From: Veleropilina oligotropha
Taxonomy: Eukaryota
Direction: 5' to 3'
Assembly: GCA_048128005.1 (NCBI GenBank)
Contig: JBEUKZ010000084.1
Span: forward strand, 434,001 to 462,803
DNA length: 28,803 bases
In this document: positions 21,802-28,803 of the stretch, piece by piece
Layout: every line of letters starts with the position of its first letter
Position numbering within the stretch: the first letter of the stretch is position 1
Notes under the pieces: model-generated
The model's input: only the letters and a program-made list of their open reading frames with translations
The model's database searches: none
What the model was told of the DNA's origin: nothing
Position numbers and translations under genes: made by a program

Positions 21802-23582
21802 GAAGGAGATAGGCCGAAAAGTGTCCATTATGTCAGATAATAGACAGTTCGAGGCGCGTTAGCGCCGAGAACTGTCTATTATCTGACATAATGGACCCTT
21901 TGAGGCGTATCTCCGACTTAAATCACTGCATGCTTCCCCATTGTCTTCATATTGGATACGTCTCTGTTTCCTAATTTGTCATATCAATGGACAATCATCA
22001 GCAGACAGTCTTTGTTATCCTAATTAGGCAAACATGCAGGATAATTTTGACAAAGCTGAAAAAGCATGCTGCGCGTGGATGTTCATTTCTCAATGTTGTC
22101 AACATTCACCGACATTTGTTTGGATATCATAGCGGTGTAAACCTCTGGTCTCAGTTACAAAAGGTAAGATATTTAAAATAGCAAATTTTAATTTGTATTG
22201 AATATTGGTGCTGTTTAATTTATACATAATGTTTGGTACTTATGCAGTATACCCCCCCACCCATTCTGCCCATTTTATATACATTGTCACTGTTGTGTAG
22301 AAAACTACTAAAACCTCCATGTCTTATATATTTGCCCATGACGCGGCTTCAAGCCCTGATCGGGCATTCATTTGTATTACTATAATTTAGGCAAGACTTA
22401 ATATCTGGGTGTGGGGGGGGGGGGGGGGGGGGTATACTGCATAAGTTCCTAATGTTTTAGACTATCATCAACAGCTGAAAACTGACAAAATTATAATGTT
22501 AGCAGGTTAGAGTATAATTTTCACTGGGAATATAATATTGGTGTTTAGCTGCACGAATCATCGAAACATTAATTAAGTTTATGCATTGATTCTGCACTTA
22601 AAATTAAATGTAAAACCACAGTCGCATAGCGTTGGCATGAATGACCGGGAACAGATTTTTATGGTGAACTAAATTTTATCAAGAAATTACACCTGGCCGA
22701 TTGCGGACGGTCCGAATCATTTCGGGAATTGGTTCCACCCAAACTTTGCTTGTATTGGTGAAACAAGACATTTACTGATTTTGGATACTTGTTTTCGTTC
22801 TTTCTTTAATATTATTTTTGTATTTTCAGCGTCTCATATAATTATCTGTAATGGATTATAATTTAAACCATAAAGAGAATTTCGGGCATTGGATGGACCT
22901 ATGCGATGGATTAATCACTCCGAATGAATGTACTCGTAATCTGGTAATAATGGAGAAATATGCATTTGATTTACAAGGTTTATTGGATTATCATGATTAT
23001 TCGCATTCTTTTCGGAATTCGATAGATGGAATTATGAATTGTGATTGATTAAATATGATGCAAACACGTTATACGAAATATTCATCTCCGACGTCGTCGT
23101 CATCGTCAACATTATATGTAATATTTACGGTCGTATTTGGAGGATATATAAAGGATATATCAAAGATGAAATTCGTGATAGAAAGAAAAAATGATACCTA
23201 CAACTCGTGATAAAGAAAAGATATTTCTTCAATGGATATACATAATATTATATCGATAAAAATATATTGTATTGTCATATTTATTTTGAACTTCTGCAAA
23301 CGAGTAAGTGTCCATTAAACGCTTTACAAATTGCCTTTTTGTTGTTGTTTTAGCTCATGTAAAAGTCAATTGTTACCTTGTCGATCATTTGTATATTTTT
23401 AGTTTGTCACTGTCCATTATTTCACTGTCCATTATTTCACTGTCCATTATTATAATAATAGACACCTAGCCGAAATAATGGACAGCAGCCAATTAATAAT
23501 AGACTGTTACTTCATGCTTGCAGTACATTATGCCACATAATGGTTGCAAAGAACAATGGGTGACGTCACAGCTGTGATTTAA
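21802..23582 (+). mobile_element. Non-autonomous palindromic CGAG-hairpin element (Crypton-like, inferred), 1.8 kb
   Basis: Perfect 28-bp arms (21823-21850 and 21869-21896) around CGAG-GCGC-GTTA-GCGC-CGAG. TTAAATCACTGC (21918-21929) is inverted to GCTGTGATTTAA (23571-23582) with 1 mismatch. The GTCYATTAT motif of the palindrome is reiterated at 23410-23545. Confidence 0.78.
22235..22449. mobile_element. MITE with 8-bp TSD, Merlin-like termini
   Basis: TIR GGTACTTATGCAGTATACCCCCCC / GGGGGGGTATACTGCATAAGTTCC. TSD TAATGTTT at 22227-22234 and 22450-22457. Confidence 0.88.
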
Positions 23583-23629
23583 TTTGTTTTATACCGTATT
23601 AGCTAGAGAGGGACTCGGGGAAGATTAAA

Positions 23630-24077
23630 TAGAATTTGTTTGGGTTTAGAAAGCGCATTACTGCCACTCATATAAAAACCCATTGAGTTGTCTTGTCCTC
23701 TATAACCTTAGCTGCCCTTCTTCTTAAAATGCTCATCTAGGCGATTTTTAAATTGGTTTACAGATGTCGATTCCACTACCTTATTAGGAAGAGCATTCCA
23801 TTCATCGACAACCCGATTTGAGAAAAAGTGTTTTCTAACGTCTAGTCGGAATCGTTTTTTGTAAATCTTGTATTGATGCCCCCGGGTATGCCTTTGGTTC
23901 ATCTGAAAAAAGAAACTATTGTCAACGTTGACTTTTCCTGTAAACATTTTAAACACCTGAATCATATCACCTCTTATCCTTCTCAAAGATAATGTTGTGA
24001 GGTTCAGAGCTCTTAGTATCTCCTCGTATGGTAATTCTCTCAATTCTCCTATCAATTTTGTGGCTCTTCTTTGAAGA
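23630..24077 (-). mobile_element. 5'-truncated CR1 LINE (ORF2 C-terminus 23708-24077 plus short 3' UTR)
   Basis: LQRRATKLI...YEEILRALNLTTLSLRRIRGDMIQVFK...TRGHQYKI...RKHFFSNRVVDEWNALP is the characteristic CR1 ORF2 C-terminus, with an uninterrupted frame. Confidence 0.93.
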
Positions 24078-24296
24078 GTCAGAACATACATATTTATATA
24101 CTTTTTAGTTCTTTGGTGACAATAAGGTGAATCTTAATGTTTGTATCTAACTGTTCTCCTTCTATAAATAAAGTATTATTATTATTAGTAGTAGTAACGA
24201 ATTTCACCAGAGAAATTCCGACCGAAATTCGCATTTGTATGCAATTTTCAGAAATGATGTATTTCGGTTTGTTGGCCTTGGGTACGTGATCGGTGT

Positions 24297-24328
24297 GTCA
24301 CATGACCGCTCTTGGTCAAAATGGCGAC
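24297..24328 (+). promoter_or_regulatory. Promoter-like module: E-box GTCACATGAC and YY1-like AAAATGGCG
   Basis: GTCACATGAC at 24297-24306 and CAAAATGGCG at 24317-24326, in a locally CpG-rich patch. Confidence 0.45.
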
Positions 24329-24343
24329 GGGAAGGAAGAACCA
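24321..24343 (+). CDS. Candidate first coding micro-exon of an unidentified gene (MATGRKN..., phase 2)
   Basis: CAAAATGG start context followed 23 nt later by a consensus GTAAGT donor. No downstream exon was identified. Confidence 0.45.
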
Positions 24344-24890
24344 GTAAGTAGAGCGCCTAGTTTTCAAATTTGTTTACCGATCCTATAAATTAACAAATCT
24401 CACCATGATGACTGCAGCATTAGTAGAACAAACGTGCTGGCTAATATCTACTTAAAGGGATACTTAATGTTTAGTATTAAAGAATGAAACGCAAAAAAAC
24501 TACGATAGCCTTCCGTACCGGTAGAGTCGGTAAATGTAATTCTAAATCTATTGGCGAATTTGCGTCACACTGACACATTCCAATCTACTTGCCAATTGTT
24601 TGCCCACTTTCGACTAATTACAATCTATTTACACCCTACTGGACTTGTGTACAATGCCATTCAATTTTACAAACTAATGGTGATACGTGGCACTTTCATA
24701 TTATGGTATACTCGTATAGTGTATACGTGTGGTACCGGTTTCGTGGGACTTAGCTTTTTTGATTAAAATAAATAGAAATAAAACCCCTCCGACAGGACAA
24801 AGGTTTCACATTTATCAAATAAATCATGAACCCTTCAAAAATAACACATTTTTTCAAGTAATAGATTATAGTCTTTGATATCACTTGAGT

Positions 24891-25135
24891 GGGCTGCTTC
24901 GACAGTACAGTCGCACGGTTGTGGATTCCGAAAATCACTGACTTGATTCCGCTGACGCGAAAAGCAGTGGCATCACACATTTGTTCAAGTTATGAATCTC
25001 AGTTGTCCGTGACTGGTCGAAGAGGGCGGGTTTACCCGGGCGACCAGGCATTCCTCCCGCGATAATAAGGACATGTCCTGGTTTGAACGAAATGATGGTT
25101 GGAAATATACAGGACATGAAGCAGCGATCCTCCCC
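24891..25135 (+). mobile_element. tRNA-derived SINE
   Basis: The core GTTCAAGTTATGAATCTCAGTTGTCCGTGACTGGTCGAAGAGGGCGGGTTTACCCGGG and the tail match the family. Confidence 0.85.
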
Positions 25136-25370
25136 ATTAGCTGATTGCTGGTGATCTGTCGACTCCCATTTTCAACATGTCAAAGGAGAAACAACAAAAT
25201 ACACTTAAAATATGTGGCTAATAACGATATAATGTGACTTTAAATGGTCATGTCATCAACAGACATGCAAAAATAACCATAAAACATGCGTCTTTTGATT
25301 TTCCTTTGGAATTAATTAAATTATATATAATTATTTTATTAGCAGCACGTGGAAATCACGTAAGCTCAAT

Positions 25371-25570
25371 ATTTATGCCTCCACAAACGAAGTTTAGGGG
25401 GGGGGGGGGGCATATAGAAGTCTGCTTGTCTGTCGGTCGGTTTGTTGCAAATTATATATCTCCAATAATATTTCGCCTAGGGACAATAAACTTGATGTGT
25501 TCACATCATGCGTCATAACCCCAAAGTGTGTCGAGTACCGAAATTTACGGACAACTGCGACACGACAATT
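25371..25570 (+). mobile_element. HINE-like family B, truncated copy
   Basis: TTTATGCCTCC...GGGGGCATATAG, a GTCTGTCGGTCGG microsatellite and one partial core unit matching 26630-27386. Confidence 0.75.
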
Positions 25571-25689
25571 ACATCACTGGTTAGCGGGCCCCAAGGTATA
25601 CCATCTCACATTCTCGCTGAGCATTAACACCGCCAGTAGTGGAGTGGATAAGAGAATGGCTCCCATGCAATTCACTCGCTTCACTGCTC

Positions 25690-26012
25690 TAATTGTATCC
25701 CCGACAATAATCGGGGATAGTATGGTTTAGTAATCGTTCAGCCGCGTCCGCCGCTGCCGCAGAGATTTGTTGTGTGCGCTCGACAGTGAAAAATTCGAAT
25801 TTGATTTGATTCAAATTTGGTATGCACGATAGTTATGATGAGGACACGCCGCCTAACTATTTTTTGTCGTTTTTTATTCAAGATGGCCACCACGGGCCAT
25901 TTTATTTGGAAAGATTTCTTATGCTCGTTCTACTGTGAAAAACTGTAATCCGATTGGATTGTGGGAGGGGATAGTAACACCGCCTCGACTTGCTGGGTCG
26001 AGGATTTGCTAG
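25690..26012 (+). mobile_element. HINE-like family A, short copy with about 2 internal repeats
   Basis: TATCCCCGA...TCGGGGATAGTATGGTTTAG start as at 16803, subterminal GGGGATAGTA, hairpin CCTCGAC...GTCGAGG (25983-26003) and a CTAGTT end. Confidence 0.85.
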
Positions 26013-26096
26013 TTGATAGGAGTGGCTTCGAATTATCGGCTGGTCACTATTCAATTAATCATCATTGTTGTCTATAGCTGCCCGATGTTGGCAGAA

Positions 26097-26351
26097 GGCC
26101 GCTCCGCCAGTCGTGTGGTTTCGGTTGCACACTCTGGATTGATTCCGCTAACACCAACAGTAGTGGGTTCGAATTTCGGTGGGGACATTGGCTATATTTG
26201 TTCTGTTATGTATCGCATTTGCCTGTAACTGGTTGAAGAGGGTGGGTTTCCCCCAGCATCCGGGCTTTCTTCCCATGAATATATGGACATGACCTGGTTT
26301 GAACCTGATGGTTGTAAGTCTACAGGACATTAAGCATCGATCCAATCCAAT
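26097..26351 (+). mobile_element. tRNA-derived SINE, diverged copy
   Basis: GGCCGCTCC start, B-box GGTTCGAATTTC and tail CAGGACATTAAGCATCGATCCAATCCAAT. Confidence 0.82.
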
Positions 26352-26629
26352 GCTGGCTGGTCTTGGTGTTAAATTGGGATATTAAACATTGATCCAAACT
26401 AAATTGCAATCAATATTATTATACTAGTACTCAGATCGGCTCATCCATGAACCTCCTCATCCAAAGTCACATGCTCAACCTGGTGATTTATAGTTGCAAT
26501 TTGTACCAAACATCCACACAGTTATTGACTTCAAATGTTGGTCCATAATTTTAAAGTATGTTTTAAAACAGAAAATGTTATCAGTTCAAAATTCAAGTCA
26601 AGGTGTTTCTAGATTTTGTATGTTAAATA

Positions 26630-27386
26630 ATTAGGCCCACACAAACGACATTTAGGGGGGCATATAGGAGTCAGCTTGTCCGTCGGTCTGTTGCAAATTA
26701 CTTTCTGCTCCATATCTCGGACACTATTTGACCGAGGGACACGAAACTTGATGCATGCGTCCTAACCCAAAGATGTGTCGCGTACAGAAAGTAGGTCACC
26801 ACGTCCTATTTTTCTTGCTTGACTGCACTGAATCCAAAATTCCCTTCCGCTCCATATCTCCCATAATATTTGACTGAGGGACACGAAACTTGATGTGTGC
26901 ATGCGTCATAATCCAAAGGTGTCGCGTACCGAAAGTAGGTCACCATGACCTACTTTTCATGCTTGACTGCACTGAATCCAAAATTCCCTTCCGCTCCATA
27001 TTTTCCATACTAATTGACCATGGGACACGAAACTTCATGTGTGATGCGTCATAACCCAAAGGTGTGTTGCATACCAAAATTAGGTCTCTGCGACCTACTT
27101 TTCATTCCTGACTACATTTGGCCCAATATTCCCCTCCGTTCCATATCTCCAATACTATTTGACCGAGGGACATGAAACTTCATATGTGAATGCGTTATAA
27201 CTGAAAGGTATACCGCGTACCAAAGGTAGGTCACCGCGACCTACTTTCCACACTTGACCGCATTCAGTCTAAAATTCCCTTCTGCTCCATATCTCCTATA
27301 CTATTTGACTGAGGGACATGAAACTTCCTGTGTGTATGCAACGGCCTGTTCCTGGGGGCATATGATCACTCCTGTGATAGCTCTAG
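26630..27386 (+). mobile_element. HINE-like family B with about 5 internal ~144-bp repeats
   Basis: GGGGGCATAT near both ends, a GTCC/GTCG microsatellite, units containing CTCCATATCTC...GAGGGACACGAAACTT, 3' hairpin ATCAC-TCCT-GTGAT and a CTAGTT end. Confidence 0.85.
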
Positions 27387-27659
27387 TTTAATATTACATT
27401 GATAGAAGTTTCTTTTAAATAAATATTAAAACGTTTACAATATATTCTTGTGTTCAAGGAAGTGTTGTATATTATCGCTTTGAGGATGACCGCAACAACA
27501 AGATATAGTTACAAACATACTTACGTCCTTACTCTTGCCATAATAGTAATATTATTGCCAAACCGGAAACAGTGAATAAGTCACATTATGCACTATTAAT
27601 AAGTCAAAGACGCAAAAACGTACCACGGTTACCTCCCCTGCTCCTCCTCCCCCACGTTC

Positions 27660-28052
27660 CCCCGCGAGACCTCGCCAAGTCTCGCGAGACTTCTGAACCA
27701 TAGAAGTCACATGACATCAATTCAAAGTTTTCCGCTGCCGCGGAAAGACGTTGTTTTGCTCCGCAAATATTTCGAAATAGGCGCCCGATTTCATGTTAAA
27801 TCTGGGCGCAGTATTCTACTTATATCGATTATAAGTAGTGGAATATAACCCTGTGTTGTGGATACAAGACACAAGTGAATATAAGAAGAGTGATTCTCAA
27901 AACTTCGAGGAAGTTCTGGACATCAAGTGAAACCGACATCGTCGTCAAGGACGCCGTGGCTGTTAAAAATGGCCGCTTAGAGGGAAAGTTTCGAGTGTAG
28001 CTGAAATTTCTGGTCGGTATCTTTATCTGATATTGTTTGAGACTGCAAACAG
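27660..28052 (+). promoter_or_regulatory. CpG-rich promoter and probable non-coding first exon
   Basis: Palindrome GTCTCGCGAGAC (27679-27690), E-box GTCACATGAC (27706-27715), YY1-like AAAATGGCCG (27966-27975) and donor CAG|GTAACT after 28052. Confidence 0.5.
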
Positions 28053-28508
28053 GTAACTCATTATATTGGATAATTCCTTAACAACGCTATTTGCTGGTTA
28101 TTTATTATTATATAAAAAATTTCTAGCGTTGTTAAAAGGCAGGATCTTTTGATATCACGCTTGCGTTTTTTCTGATATCCTGCCGTTGCTGGGATAATAC
28201 GCCATTGTACTAACATAAAAACATCCACGAGGTTTTCAGGTGTTTTCTGGGCGGTTTTTTCGAGGAAAGAACCACCGTTTGTTTTAGTCAATTTGCCGGG
28301 TTACCGGGTCGGTCGGGTAAAATACCCGACCTCGGTGTTCCCAGTTCGGGGTCTTATTAACGGTATATCGCTTGATCTTTGATCTTCAGATCAGGACAAT
28401 TCTGTGAGTTGTCGTAGTACTCCATCCAAAGGAAAGAAGTCACAACTACCATATATATACCTATTTACTACCCCGTCTACCCATGTCCACCCGCCCGTGT
28501 ATTTAGCT

Positions 28509-28803
28509 ATGGTCCGGTGCAGTAGCTCCGGGTGTAACCAGAAAATTCACGGATTTGATAGGCACAAGGAATGTCGTATTCACCGTAGCTGTAATATACA
28601 ACATCAATGTGATCTGTGCTTTCTTCTATCAGATAAGCAGTGGGCAGTCCTGTCTCACCAGGGTAAGTCGACCAGGGCGGCTGCCACGGTGGGTCCTCCC
28701 CCGGAGAAGGGTCAGGAAGAGACCGGTAAGTTACATAATGTTTCTTCCTTGTCTGCTTCAGGGACGCTGGACGACAGCCGACACAAGGGGACGTCTGTCG
28801 CCG
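28509..28803 (+). CDS. Probable DIRS retrotransposon gag-like ORF N-terminus (runs off the window; not in the ORF track)
   Basis: Manual translation MVRCSSSGCNQKIHGFDRHKECRIHRSCNIQHQCDLCFLLSDKQW... is stop-free to the window end. The C..C...FD.H..C..H..C...C..C...W zinc-binding pattern resembles the DIRS1 gag N-terminus, and it follows a GC-richer leader from ~28130. Confidence 0.65.
   Translation, partial: MVRCSSSGCNQKIHGFDRHKECRIHRSCNIQHQCDLCFLLSDKQWAVLSHQGKSTRAAATVGPPPEKGQEETGKLHNVSSLSASGTLDDSRHKGTSVA

Noticed and set aside
22851..23048. 65-aa ORF as a transposase or recombinase fragment
   Set aside because: No recognisable catalytic motif, and splicing from the 22163 donor hits an immediate stop.

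Overview
AT-rich, intron-containing animal genomic DNA, probably a mollusc or another lophotrochozoan (inferred from the repeat types). Bases 1337-13024 carry the last seven recognisable coding exons of an MTSS1/MIM-like gene on the + strand, ending in a WH2 motif. The N-terminal I-BAR/IMD exons would lie upstream of the window. The introns and downstream DNA are dense in repeats: about 9 copies of one tRNA-derived SINE, Helitron/Helentron-type non-autonomous elements carrying internal satellite arrays, MITEs, CR1 and L2-group LINE 3' ends, a Penelope-like GIY-YIG remnant with a hammerhead core, two minisatellites (32 bp x36 and 48 bp x19), two promoter/first-exon-like modules (~24.3 kb and ~27.7 kb), and the start of a probable DIRS gag ORF at the right edge. 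The most unusual signal is three sequence-unrelated elements (1-112, 3668-4164, 21802-23582). Each has a long terminal palindrome with an asymmetric CGAG-hairpin-CGAG apex. The two complete copies also have a 12-bp TTA...TAA inverted repeat linking the palindrome base to the far end. No CRISPR array or prokaryotic system is supported.
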